DNA from: Mobula birostris
Taxonomy: Eukaryota
Reading direction: 5' to 3'
DNA length: 64,000 nt
Assembly (NCBI RefSeq): GCF_030028105.1
Contig: NC_092375.1
Location: 145,761,415 to 145,825,414 of the forward strand
Shown: in pieces, positions 1 to 11,836 of the stretch
Layout of the letters: the number at the start of each line of letters is the position of its first letter
Numbering within the stretch: position 1 is the first letter of the stretch
Notes under the pieces: model-generated
Database searches by the model: none
Told to the model about the DNA's origin: nothing
Seen by the model: only the letters and a program-made list of their open reading frames with translations
Position numbers and translations under genes: made by a program

Positions 1-1095
1 TACTGTCCACTCATCTATTCCTCTTATCATCTTATAAGAGATGATAAGATGAATTGTTCAGAAACTAATTTTGACTATTGAGATTTTCAGTGGCATGAAT
101 GGTCTTTTTTCATTTGTATGATGTTTTATGAATAAAACTTCCACCTTATTCACTGTTTGTGAGCTGGATTACAAAAATCTGCCTTTTTAATTGCATGATT
201 TGAGAGAAGCGCAGTGAGGTTAAAGCATGGAGTGAGGCTGTTTGGCCCGTTGAATCCATGTCAGCTCAATATTGAAGCAATCTGCCTTCTCCATAATTTG
301 CAAATTTTTTCAAGATCATCTGGTTCACGTTTGTCAGGTAATGAGAACCAATAAAATAAGTCAAGGCTATGTTATTATTTCCAACAATCTGTGAAGAGGT
401 ACATTTATGGCTCTGACAGAGAGAAAGTGAGGAATGAGGAATCTGAAAACCCTCAGTTCAATTTCGCCTTTTTTTATATTAGCAAGTCGATCTATTTGAA
501 GACACAGACCAGCACCTACTGTATGTATATTTATCATGATCCTTTAACACAAATTTTATATTAATTTCATCATGTTAGTGGAAATAAATTCTGTAAACTT
601 TGTTCTTTCTGGTAATACTATCTTCAGAACCCTAAAACTCACTTTTCAACCAGGCTGTTGTACTTTATAGATAAGCAAAAGATGCATCTACGTTTGTAAT
701 TCAGAAACATATTTATGACATCATTTCTGTCATACATGCTTTCACGTGGTTATATCGAGGATGCATTAATATCCTTAAAATACCTTTCATGTGATCAATA
801 GCCAAAATATATTTATTTTTTAGATATTCATGAAATTGTGTGGTTCTTTGCTGTCTCCTGCAGAAACAGTGAAATCTATCAATCTTAAATTATGGTTGTC
901 TATAGTGTAAAAGTCCTCAATGTAGAGGTTTCATTTTCTTCATGTTATTTCATTAGGGATGGACTTGAAATATAATTAATTATTATCATTACCGAGGCTT
1001 AGTACCACTGCAACTATCTGTAATATCTATGTTAATTATATGCATTTTTGACATGATTGTACTGTTCTAAGGACATATAAAATCCTCTATTCCAG

Positions 1096-1371
1096 TATCG
1101 AGGAGGCACCTACAGGATGAGGGTTTACGAGAGGCCTGACTTTCGAGGGCAGATGATGGAATTCATGGACGACTGTCCCTCTGTCTACGATCGTTTCCGT
1201 TACCATGACATCCACTCCTGTCAGGTGATGGATGGTTACTGGATCTTCTATGAACATCCCAACTACAGAGGCCGACAGTACTTCCTGAAACCTGGGGAAT
1301 ACAGGAGATACATTGACTGGGGCGGCTGCAACTCAATGATCGGGTCCTTCAGGCGTATGAGGGACTTCTAG
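1096..1371 (+). CDS. Gamma-crystallin (S-1-like), gene 1: exon 3 only (C-terminal domain); exons 1-2 lie upstream of the window
   Basis: Acceptor ...ctattccag|TAT at 1096. Translates [23 protein letters not shown]...[21 protein letters not shown]...SFRRMRDF* (Greek-key motifs 3-4). AATAAA at 1418-1423. Bases 1-1095 align with intron 2 of the paralogues. Confidence 0.95.
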   Translation, partial: YRGGTYRMRVYERPDFRGQMMEFMDDCPSVYDRFRYHDIHSCQVMDGYWIFYEHPNYRGRQYFLKPGEYRRYIDWGGCNSMIGSFRRMRDF

Positions 1372-3790
1372 TTGGCTGTCAATAGCCAGTATATTATTCT
1401 GAGAACATATTTCAGAAAATAAAATAACCTTTGCATGACAATTGTCATTGTAATTCATTTATTTTGATGTTGCTATAACATTGTGGAAAACATACAAAAT
1501 AGCATTAGTACCTGATTTCTGTGTGGAGGCTTTGACCCATATTAACCTCAACTCAGGATTATTTCTCATTTTAGCTGCTATCATTGTGGAGATAAATTTT
1601 ATCCAGAGGCATGCTGAATATGTAATTCATTACTGATCAGGTCATCTTCTCCTATTGAGAGGATAGTGATAAATTGTCACACCTCTGTGGATTCCTTCTC
1701 TTATAGAGAGATACAACATGGAAACAAGCTCTTTGGCCCACTGAGTCAAGGCTGAACATCAACTACCCACTTACACTAATCCTTCATTGATCCCATTTTT
1801 AAAAATCTGCACATATTCTCATAATTTCCTCCAAATTGTAGTCACCTACCCACAAGGGACAACATACAATGGTTGATTTACCTACTATACAGCTCCCCAC
1901 TCAGATCTTGAAGGAAACCAGAGCACCTAGAACAATGAGAATATGCAAACCCCACATTAAGTCACCTTTCACTCTTAACCCATGACCTCCGGTTGTAGTC
2001 GCACCCAAGCTCAGTGGAAAAAGCCTGCTTGTATTTACCCCATCTATACCTAAGGAATACAGTCCTAAACTATTCAATCTTTCTTTTTCATTCAGGTCCA
2101 TCCTCCAGACCCAGCAATATTCTCGTAAATTTTCTCTGCTCTCTTTCTACCTTGTTTGCATCTTTCCTGTAGGTAGATGATCAAAACTGCACACAATACT
2201 CCAAATACGCCTCACCAACATCTCATACAACTCCAACATAACATCCCATCTTCTGCACAGAATACACTGATTTATGAAGGCCAATATGCCAAAAGCTTTC
2301 TTTACGACCCTATCTATCGATGACACCACTCTCAATGAATTATGGACCTGTATTCCCATGTCCCTTTGTTCTACCACACTCATCAATGTCCTACCTTTCA
2401 CTGTGTAAGATTCTACCCTGTTTACTCCTACCAAAGTGCAAAACCTCACACTTGTCTGCATTAAGTTCCATCTATCATTTTTTAGACCATTTTCCCAGCT
2501 GATGCAGATCTCTCTGCAAATTATGATAGCCTTCTTCACTGCCCACTCCACCCCCAATCTTGGTGCCATCTGCAAATTTGCTGATCCAATTAAACTACAT
2601 TATCATCTAGATCACTGATATAGATGACAAACAACAAAAGACCCAGCACTGATCCCTGTGGCACACCACTAGTCACAGGAATCTGGTCAGAGAGGCAAAT
2701 GTCTACTGCCACCCTCTCACTTCTCCCATAAAGCTTATGTCTAATTTAATTGACTACCCCATCCTGAATGCCGAGTGACTGAACCTTTTTGTCCAGCCTC
2801 CCATGCAGAATAATGCCTTACTAAAGTCCATGTAGAGAACATCCACTGCCATGCCTTCATCCACTTTCCTGGTAACTTTCTCAAAAAACTCTATACGATT
2901 GGTTAGACATGACCTACCATGCACGTAGTCATGTCGACTATCCTTAATCAGTCCATTACTATCCAAATGCTTCTACATCTGGTCCCTTAGAATACCTTCC
3001 AATAACTTTCCCACAATTGATGCCAGAGTCACTGGCCTATAATTTCCTGGTTTATGTTTAGAGCAATTTTTAAACAGTGAAACAACATTGGCTATCCTCC
3101 AATCCTTTGGTACCTCTCCTGGTGCTAAGGATGATTTAAATATCTCTGCTAGGGCCCCTGCTATTTCTGTACTTACCTCCGTAGGGTTCGAGGGAACACC
3201 TTTTCAGGCCCTAGGGATTTATCCACCCTGATTTGTCTCAGGGTAGCAAACACCTCCTTCTCTGTAATCTGCACGGGGTCCATGAAGTTGATACTGTTTT
3301 CCCCCACTGCTATAGATTCTGTGTCCATCTCCAGAGTAAGTACAGATGCAAAGAATCCATTTAAGATCTCCCCCCATCTGTTTTGGCTCCACACATGGAT
3401 TACCATTCTGGTCTTCCAGGGGACCAATTTAGTCCCTTGCAATCCTTTTGTTCTTAACTTATTTGTGGAATACCTTGGGATTCTCCTTCAACTTATCTGC
3501 TAGAGCAACTTCATGCCTTCTTTTAGCCTTCCTGATTTCTATCTTAGGTGTTCTCTTGCATTTCTTATACTCCATAAGCACTTCATTTGTGCCTACTTGC
3601 CTATACCTGCTATGCACCTCCTTCTTTCTCTTAACCAGGCCTCAATATCTCTTGAAAATCAAGGTTTCCTACATTTGTTATCTTTACTTTTTATTCTGAC
3701 AGTCACATACAAGCCTTGAACTCTCAAAATTTCGTTCTCACAACACGATGGAGGAACTCAGCAGGTGGGGCAGCATCCGTGGAAACGATG

Positions 3791-3828
3791 AGTCAACGTT
3801 TCGGGCCGGAACCCTTCGTCAGGACTGA
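3791..3828 (-). ncRNA. Type I minimal hammerhead ribozyme motif (inverted pLTR copy)
   Basis: Minus strand reads AGTC-CTGACGA-AGGGTTCCGGCCC-GAAAC-GTT-GACT. Confidence 0.7.
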
Positions 3829-4693
3829 AGAGGGAAGGGGCAGAGGCCCTATAAAGAAGGTGGGGGGAGGGTGGGAAGCAGAAGGCTGGTAGACTGTTGT
3901 GGCGGATGGAGTGGACGTGCTCGACGAAGAGGTCTCCCAATCTGCGTTGGGTTTCACCGATGTAGAGGAGGCCGCACCGGGAGCACAGGATGCAATAGAT
4001 GACCCCAACAGACTCACAAGTGAAGTGTTGCCTCACTTGGAAGGACTGTTTGGGGCCCTGAATGGTGGCAAGAGAGGAGGTGTAGGGACAGGTGTAGCAC
4101 TTGCACTTACAGGGATAAGTGCCAGGTGGGAGATCCATGGGGAGGGACGTGTGGATCAGGGAGTCACGGAGGGACCGATCCCTGTGGAAAGCGGAGAGGT
4201 GTGGAGAGGGAAAGATGTGCTCAGTTGTGTCAGCCACAACAGACAGGATCTTGCAGTAGCCACCCACTTCAACTCTGCTTCCCACTCCCATTCAGATATG
4301 TCCATACATGGCCTCCTCTACTGCCATGATGAGGCTAAACTCAGGTTGGACGAGCAACACCTCATATACCGTCTAGGTAGTCTTCAGCCCCCTGGTATGA
4401 ACATAGAATTCTCCAACTTACCAGAAGTAATTCCCTCCCCCTCTCTTCCCCTATCCCTATGTCACTCTGCCCCCTCCCCCAGCTGCCTATCACCTCCCTC
4501 ATGGTTCCACCTCCTTCTACTACCCATTGTGTTTTCCCCTATTCCTTCTTCACCTTTCCTGCCCATCACCTCCCTGCTTCCCCTCCCCCACCTCTATATC
4601 TTTCCCCTTATTGGTTTTTCACCTGGAGCCTACCAGCCTTCTCCTTCCCACCCTCCCCCCACCTTCTTTATAGGGCCTCTGCCCCTTCCCTCT

Positions 4694-4733
4694 TCAGTCC
4701 TGATGAAGGGTTCCAGCCCGAAACGTTGACTGA
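4694..4733 (+). ncRNA. Type I minimal hammerhead ribozyme motif (Penelope pLTR)
   Basis: TCAGTC-CTGATGA-A-GGGT(TCCA)GCCC-GAAAC-GTT-GACTGA: 6-bp stem I, conserved core, stem II, palindromic ACGT stem III, GUU site. Confidence 0.75.
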
Positions 4734-4923
4734 TCGTTTCCATGGATGCTGCCCGACCTGCTGAGTTCCTCCAGCGTGTTGTGAGTGTTGCTTTGACCCC
4801 AGCATCTGCAGATTATTTTGTGTTTAAAATTTTGTTCTTGAAGGCCTCCCACTTACCAAGTACACCTTTGCCAGGAAACTGCCTATCCCAATCCACACAT
4901 GTCAGACCATTTCTGATATCATC

Positions 4924-5457
4924 TGTCACTGGATTCAGATATGGCCCAAATGTGGAGTGAGAGACACTGAAACGGGTTGATAGTTCACAGACTTCAATGC
5001 GAACAGAGTTAAAAGGGAAAAGAAAATAAGAAACGCTAGGCCAAACAGGGCTGTTAACTAAAATTCTCAAATGGAAAACAAAGCCTACACTATGGCTGAA
5101 AGGAATAACTAAATATAAAGCAAATACTACTCATCTTCAGAGTCAGTTGACTTGACGGTCCAATTTCTTAGGCAAGGCCGAATGCAAGCAGGCAGTGAAG
5201 TGTTGCTGTGCTGTGTCAAAGTCTCGACAAACACGGCGCCAGAATTAATGGAGTTAAATATTATCACAATGAAACAATAATTAGCTGATGCATGCGTATT
5301 CACGAGCACAATTGTTGTATCTGCTGCACTGCTGAATCCGTGGTTGTGACAGAGCCCTCGTCTCTAGGCACAGCCCCTGAGGTGCCACAGACCTGTGTCT
5401 GCTGGCAATCCTGGATAAGAGACATGTCCAAGATAAGTGCCATGGTGTGCACTGCCA
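4924..5457 (-). mobile_element. 3' LTR (4924-5351) plus pol/chromodomain tail of a Gypsy chromovirus-like element
   Basis: Termini TGTCAC...GTGACA. The adjacent minus-strand sequence reads ILDMSLIQDCQQTQVCGTSGAVPRDEGS and ends in a purine-rich gagacgagggctc next to the LTR. No TSD, so it is a fragment. Confidence 0.5.
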
Positions 5458-6624
5458 ATATTGGAGATGAAGACTTCCATGTAAAGACAGAAACAAGAGC
5501 TTATACAGTGACACCATGAGATGAATCATTCTCAAAATGAGGACCCTCTTATTGGAGCAATTTGGGGATCTGCTTCAAAAATAAAACTAACACAGAATTC
5601 CTGAGCCTTTCAAAATAAGCTTAACAAACTTAAAACAGAAAGCACCAGGATACCGCGTTACAAAGAGACAGTCATTGGAGAAAAACACAAGGAAATCTTA
5701 AACCATTAATAACTGTTGTTAAGCAACAATTAACCAATTCAGGTGCTCTAAAAACCCCTTCAGCTTGTTTGAAAAACAAACTTCCAACACTCTGGTGTCC
5801 AACTCACTGCAGCAATATGGAGATGCAGTAAATAGTCAAACTGAATAAATTAAATGACAGACCCACTGTTTGAGTTCTCATACTGCTTTAACAGCTGATG
5901 GGAAAGAGCTGTAAGCTGAGACCTGACCGAGTACCTTGGATCCACAAATGCAATGGTTCACCCTATGGTTGCACATCCCCTGTGAGGTGCTGGAAACAAA
6001 GCAGCACCTTACTGACATTAAAAATCACGCGGGAGTGAATGAGGATTTTGTTCCACACTGTAATTTGTGATCATCGAGAATGCACTATTAAAACTGAGGC
6101 TTGAAATGGATTACTGGTTAGCTTTGAAAGAGAATCATATATCTGCATGAGAAAGAAATGGCATTTGCATTCTTGGGGCAAGACATGATCGAAGGTTTCA
6201 GAGATATGGAGATGAAATAGGAGTAGAGGTTGGCAAAGTCGACTGGCAGCTGTGTAATAATAAGGCTCCCATCACAGCATAGGAAACTCTACAACAAAGA
6301 GTAAGTTAGTTTCAACTTTGTATCTTTGGAAACATTATGCTCTGAAGATCACATCCCCATCAGCACTGGCCCATCTCCTTCTCACAGATTTTTAAATATT
6401 GTCTAATACATTCATATTTTCATCCACCAACGTCCAGAAATAAGCAAATCTGTTAAGTGTTACTTGTGAGTCTACAATACTTTGTCCTCTTTTGTTGATT
6501 GGCTGGAATTCTTTCCTTTGTTCTGACAATATTCTCAAACATTCCCAAAGCTTTCCCCTGCTTTGAACTATGTGCTCAGAGGTATGACTGAAAAAAGTTA
6601 TGTTTCATTTATTTCTATTATTAG

Positions 6625-7120
6625 GATGCATGTTGTGTCTGTGGAGGGTGGCACCTCAGGTGAAGGGGCTTATTGTGTCCATTCTGAGGCAGCTCTCTCT
6701 CCTTTGGTCTCCAATCGACATGCAGCACTCACCTGTGGCCCCAAGTAGCTGTTTGCATGTGGCACAGGCCACACAGCTGTACACCTCTTCGACAGGCAGA
6801 CTAAACCAGGTGAGGGTGGCCAGTGGGCCTCATACTCGGTGAGGTTAGAGTCACGCCTGTCCTAGCATGCACAGTCAGCTGACAGACTGACAGATGAAAC
6901 TAAGAGTGTGATTCAATGGCCTGGAAGGTGGATCTGCAACACTTTGTGGAGAGTGAAAAGCATGATGAGGCACAGGAGAAGTCATGGTCATCCACTGCAA
7001 CCAAGGCAGACCCCAGTTGTGATGACGACTTCTACCACCGCACCTGGACTTCTGAGGTCGAGAGAGTGGTACAGCCCCAGTGCAGAAGCTTTTCCGCTTT
7101 AAAAACTCTCCCATACAGGT
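6625..7120. repeat. Interspersed repeat co-duplicated with the gene unit (also ~13945-14430, ~25145-25575, ~52165-52486); family not identified
   Basis: Recurrent block ...tgtgtccattctgaggcagct...acaggcagactaaaccaggtgaggg...gaagtcatggtcatccactgcaacc. Confidence 0.55.
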
Positions 7121-9420
7121 GACTTCATGCAGTTTACACAACAGAAGAATTGCACAAATCATTGATCGATATGACAGGCAGACAAGAATCAATCATTAGT
7201 CATCCATGTAATCACTTGAAATGTGTCTTTGGAAGCAAGTGAAGTCCATTTCATTTAACCTGCTGATCACATATAATTGATTTGGTACCTTCATTACTTA
7301 AATTTTGATTGATTGATAAATGAAGTGCAATTGTTTCTTTTGTGAAAACATTCTCCAAAGCCCAATCATTATCAGCTGCTGCATCTTAACAGAATAGTGA
7401 TGTGATGTTCAACGCTCTGATGTTGAACTGCTTGTGTTTGTTTTGTTTTCTGTCCAGCCGTGCACTGGCAACAACTGAATTGAGGTGCAGAGGAATGACA
7501 GGGTCACATGTAGAGACAGAAACAAGAGTTTATACATTGGAATTCCAACAGAACATTGGTAGCTCAACTGTGTGACACTGTGAGACAAATCATTCTCAGA
7601 ACAAGAACCCACGATAAGCGCGAATTGGGAGTCTGCTTTAAATAATCACAGTATGTACAAAACCCATACCAGCCAAAATAAACTTGACATGATTAAACCT
7701 GAAAGCACAAGGGCTTACTGACTGGTTAAGACAACAATTATCAAATGCAGGTGCTTAAGAAATCTCAGAGGCCAATGCTCTACCCCTCGCCGCACAGGCC
7801 TGCATGGATCATGACAAGACAAGGCTGGTAAACTCGAGACAGTCCTGAACTGGTAAACTTGGGAACACTCAATAACATGGGAGACTGAGCAAACCTTGTC
7901 AACCAACAGAATCTTGGAAAAAGTCTTGAAGATAGAAGGAGAAACTCAGAACGTAGATTCAGGACATGTACTGATTACGGAAGGCACCCTCATCTCCAGG
8001 CAGCATTTCAGAGAGCAATGAAGCTCTCTTGGTGCTCTGTAAAGTATTGTTTCCTTGAGTTACATCGCAGCAAACAGTGTTTGCCTGGTGTTTGTTGGGA
8101 CAGGTCTTTTCACATTGCCCTCTTTGTCACTGCAAATATGTTTCAGAAGTCTATTCTGTGAAAGAAGTTTTGGATCCTAAGAGTTTATGAATTGCTATAA
8201 GAAGTGTAGAAACTTCCCTAGAGTTAGCAATAACTTGAGTAGGTGGATGTCTTGATGCCTTCTGAGGCATCTATGATGGTCCCATTGAGCTCTGTTGAAG
8301 ATTTTTTTTCTGACTATCTTCCTTACTACATCAGCCTCTTTCATTAACGATTCTTCCTGTCCTGGTTTTTCCTTCTTCATTAGGATAAATCTATCAAATT
8401 CCATACTCAATGCTATAATGAGGTCCTGTGGCTAAAGGGTTCAGTCCACAGTTAGTACTGCTGCTTCACAACTGCAGAGATGCAAGTTCAATCCTGACCT
8501 CAGGTGTGGAGTGTGTATTGAGCCAATGACTGTGTAACTTTCTTGTGCTCTAGTTTATCGGGGCTTGAAGCTATAAGAGACCCAAAGGAGCAATTGGACT
8601 AAAAAAGATCTTGTGAATTTGAGGGTTTCTGAGGTTGGAGGTTATATCTGATTGAATGATTAGCTTAATTTGTTACATTTGAAATATTGAAACATACAGT
8701 GAAATGCATCATTTGTGACAGCGACCAGCATAGTCCAAGGATGTGCTCTAGTCTGTTTGCAAGTGTTGTCACGCCTCCAGTGGCAGCATAGCACGCCCAC
8801 AACTCACTCATCCGTACGTCTATGTAATGTGGGAGGAAACCAGAGCACCAGGAGGAAACCCCTGGAGAAAAGCCCCGGGACATGCGGAGAAGGTACAGAC
8901 TACTTACAGACAGCTTGGGAATTGAACCCCAATCGCTAACTGCTACACTACCGTGCTGCCACAGTGTCTGCTACTGGATATTAAAAGACATCTTGCTGAA
9001 ACATCTCTATGACAGACACAATCTTGGACCCCACAGAGAGCCAGATTCAATAGCTCGGGTGTTTGCACCTTCTCTCTCCTCTCTCATCGGTTTCCTCTGG
9101 GTGTCTTAATTTCCTCCCAGATTCAAAAGCTGTGCAGATTGATATGTTAATGGCTCATTCCAAACTGACCCTGGTGTGCAAATTAGTGGTGAAATCGAGG
9201 AGTTGATGAGAATGTGGGGAGAATAAAAATACTGGGATTAATTTAGGATTTGTGTACATGGATGGTTGATGGTTTGCATGGACCGAAAATTTTGTTCTGT
9301 GACTGTGACTCTACGTCATGTCTGGGTATTGAGACTTCATTTGAAACTCTAGAATGATCCCTAGCAGAGAATGAAAAAGGCTGATTTACTGCCTTGTAGA
9401 ATTAAATTGCCTGCTGCAAA

Positions 9421-9574
9421 ACAAAAACAATCACTGGATCGCTGACACGTCTCGTATCCTCAGGTGCTTTTTCAGCATTCACGGGACATATGTTGTTTTC
9501 TGCTGACCTCAGGTTTGCATCGTCTACATTACAAAGGCCTTGCTGGAAAAGCCTTTCTGCCCAGTGTATAAATA
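9421..9574 (+). promoter_or_regulatory. Gene 2 proximal lens promoter: TATA box, Maf-recognition-like elements, Sox-like sites
   Basis: TATAAATA 9567-9574; TGCTGACCTCAG 9501-9512 with AT-rich 5' flank; TGCTTTTTCAGCA (TGC-N7-GCA) 9465-9477; AACAAT 9426-9431; ACAAAG 9531-9536. Maf/Sox control of crystallin promoters is established; binding here is inferred. Confidence 0.7.
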
Positions 9575-9622
9575 CCCAGTTACAGTTACATGTAGTCAGT
9601 TGGTTATTGATGGTACACCACA

Positions 9623-11836
9623 ATGGGAAAGGCAAGACCACTTTTCATTTTGTGAACTATATTGTAACCATCACGTGTCCCAAATCTGATTTAAGCTATT
9701 TATTTCTTCCCACAGATCATCTTCTACGAGGACAGGAACTTCCAGGGTCGGCACTATGAGTGCAGCTCCGACTCTGCCGACCTCTCCCCTTACTTCAGCC
9801 GCTGTAACTCCATCCGTGTCGAGAGTGACTGGTGGGTGTTGTACGAGAGACCCAACTACATGGGATACCAGTATGTCCTGAGCAGAGGAGAGTATCCTGA
9901 ATACCAGCGCTGGATGGGATTTAATGACTGTATCAAGTCCTGTCGCAGTTACCCACCTGTAAGTTGCTGTTGGTGACTGAGGTATTTCAAGCCACTTGAC
10001 ACACTGCTAGAACATGACTGACATTTGCAATAATTACACTTGTGCACAAGCTCGTTCTCTGAAATGTTAAACTGCTGTGAATGCTAGAGTTAGCTGCTGG
10101 CATTTGGGGCCAAGTTTGGAGTCAGTAAATAATTGTTAAAGGAGTCAACAGAAATGAAGTTGGTACAGGAAACGAGTGAATCTGGTGTGAGGGATGAATG
10201 TCCGATTGCTTTTGACAGACGGAGCTGTATCCGTGATTGTGAGGGCACTGGGTAAAGAATGGGAATCAGAATCAGGTTTATTGTCACTGGCGTATGCAAC
10301 ACTGGCTTTTTATGCTGAAACTACATTAATGTCTACGCACAGGATGCTGGAGGAACTCAGCCTGTCAGGCAGCATTTGTCAGGCCTGATAAACGGCGGCA
10401 AACTGAAATGTTGTCTCCACAGATACTGTCTGACCCCTTGAGTTCCTCCAGGATCTTGTGTGCTGATCCAGATTGCAGAAACTGGCCTGCCTTGTGTGCT
10501 TCTTATTAAAGTCTAATTGGGCACATTGAATATTTGGTCAGTTTGTTCAGGTTTAATATAATCACTTATACATTTATAGCACCTGGTCATTGATGGCTCA
10601 GACCTCTATAAAATTAAAATCATAAAACTATTGCATAATTTCAGAGAGCCACTGTGAAGTTAAAGCATGGAATGAGGCTGTTTGGCCCATTGAATCCATG
10701 TTAGTTCAATGTTAAAGCAATCTGTCCTCTCCCATATTTTGCAAATTCTTTCAAGATCAGCTGGTTCAATTTTTTCAGGTAACGAGAACGAATAAAGTAA
10801 GTCAGCCTCCAAGTGATACTAAGGTTGACGTGAGAGATGGCTGTGTAATTGTTTACAAGAATCACACGCTGTGTAGAGTTTATTTATGGCTCTGGCAGAG
10901 GGGAAGTGAGGAATGAAGAATCTGAAAATGCTCAGATCAATTTGCATTATTTTTTATATTAGCAAGTCAATTGATTTGCAGACACAGATCAGCACCTACT
11001 GTAAGTACATTTACCATGATGCTTTTACACAAGTTTTACATTAATTGCATCATTTTATCTCTTGTGGAACTAAATTCTGTAAACTTTGTTCCTTTGGTAA
11101 TACTATCTTCAGAAACCCAGAGCAAGCTCTTCAAAAAGGTATTATACCTTATAGATATGCAAAAGATGCATCTGATTCAGAAACGTATTCATGACATTCT
11201 TTCTGTCATACATGCTTTCATGTGATTATGTTGAGGATGCATTAAAATATCTTTCATTTGATCAACTACCAATTTTTATTATTTTTAGAGAATCATGAAA
11301 TTGTATGGTTCTTCATTGTCTCCTGTAGGAACAATGAACTACATCAATCTTAAATCATGATTTTTCTATAGCTAACAGCCCTCAATGTAGAGATACATTT
11401 TCTGCATGTTATTTCATTAGGGATAATCTTGAAATATAATTAATTATTGAAGATACTGAGGCTGGGTACCACTGCATCTATCTGTAATATCTATGTTAAT
11501 TAGATACATTTTTGACATGATTATACTGTATTAAGGATTCATTAAAATCCTCTATTCCAGTACCGAGGAAGCACCTACAGGATGAAGATTTACGAGAGGC
11601 CTGACTTTGGAGGGCAAATGATGGAATTCATGGATGACTGTCCCTCTGTCTACGATCATTTCCGTTACCGTGACGTCCACTCCTGTCAGGTGATGGAAGG
11701 TTACTGGATCTTCTATGAACATCCCAACTATAGAGGCCGACAATACTTCCTGAGACCCGGGGAATACAGGAGATACAGTGACTGGGGCGGCTGCAACTCA
11801 ATGATCGGGTCCTTCAGGCGCATGAGGGACTTCTAG
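9623..11836 (+). CDS. Gamma-crystallin (S-1-like), gene 2; exons 9623-9631, 9716-9958, 11561-11836; 175 aa
   Basis: Exon 1 ATGGGAAAG (MGK), then an 84-nt GC-AG intron. 243-nt exon 2 [53 protein letters not shown]...SCRSYPP followed by GTAAGT. Exon 3 [14 protein letters not shown]...MRDF*. Classic gamma-crystallin exon layout. AATAAA at 11883-11888. Confidence 0.95.
10337..10480 (+). repeat. Old Penelope-derived inverted-repeat relic in intron 2 (also ~21590-21735, ~34030-34175, ~55440-55580)
   Basis: Arms gatgctggaggaactcag...caggcagcat and gatactgtctgacc...gagttcctccagga match the pLTR of the young elements. The loop carries a decayed hammerhead, CTGATAA...GAAATGTTG. Confidence 0.65.

Larger units (their letters stand above)
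3739..4825. mobile_element. Penelope-like element with inverted arrangement (GIY-YIG endonuclease halves plus inverted pLTR ends)
   Basis: Minus strand: FTCESVGVIYCILCSRCGLLYIGETQRRLGD (GIY-YIG). Plus strand: VATHFNS...EQHLIYRLGSLQPPGMN. 3739-3893 is the reverse complement of ~4630-4785. Flanked by a 13-bp duplication with one mismatch: aaaatttcgttct (3726-3738) and aaaattttgttct (4826-4838). Confidence 0.9.
1958..4923 (-). mobile_element. CR1 LINE fragment (degenerate ORF2/RT), interrupted by a Penelope-like insert
   Basis: Minus-strand fragments GRSCLTNRIEFFEKVTRKVDEGMAVDVLYMDFSKA, ILNGFFASVLT...DKSLGPEKVFPRTL and IDRVVKKAFGILAFI are typical of vertebrate CR1 ORF2. Confidence 0.88.

Noticed and set aside
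1117-1371. The five 84-aa ORFs (1117, 11582, 22805, 35893, 57365) as stand-alone single-domain crystallin genes
   Set aside because: Each starts at an internal Met 21 nt inside exon 3, after a clear acceptor. Exons 1-2 are present upstream for four of them.
3899-4729. 276-aa ORF as a novel protein
   Set aside because: It is a chimera of antisense Penelope sequence, the endonuclease C-half and pyrimidine-rich pLTR across an inversion junction.
8440-9300. SINE-like fragments upstream of the promoters as tRNA genes or enhancers
   Set aside because: Too degenerate to fold as tRNA or to assign to a family. No CRISPR, rRNA or tRNA gene is supported anywhere in the window.
9632-9715. In-frame retention of the 84-nt intron 1 giving an N-terminal extension (gammaS-like arm)
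   Set aside because: An in-frame TGA occurs at intron codon 8 in all copies.
9490-9759. Recurrent 'conserved' ORFs MLFSADLRFAS... and [14 protein letters not shown]... near each gene
   Set aside because: They overlap promoter, intron 1 or intron 2 in non-coding frames and recur only because the DNA is recently duplicated. Lengths and stops vary between copies.
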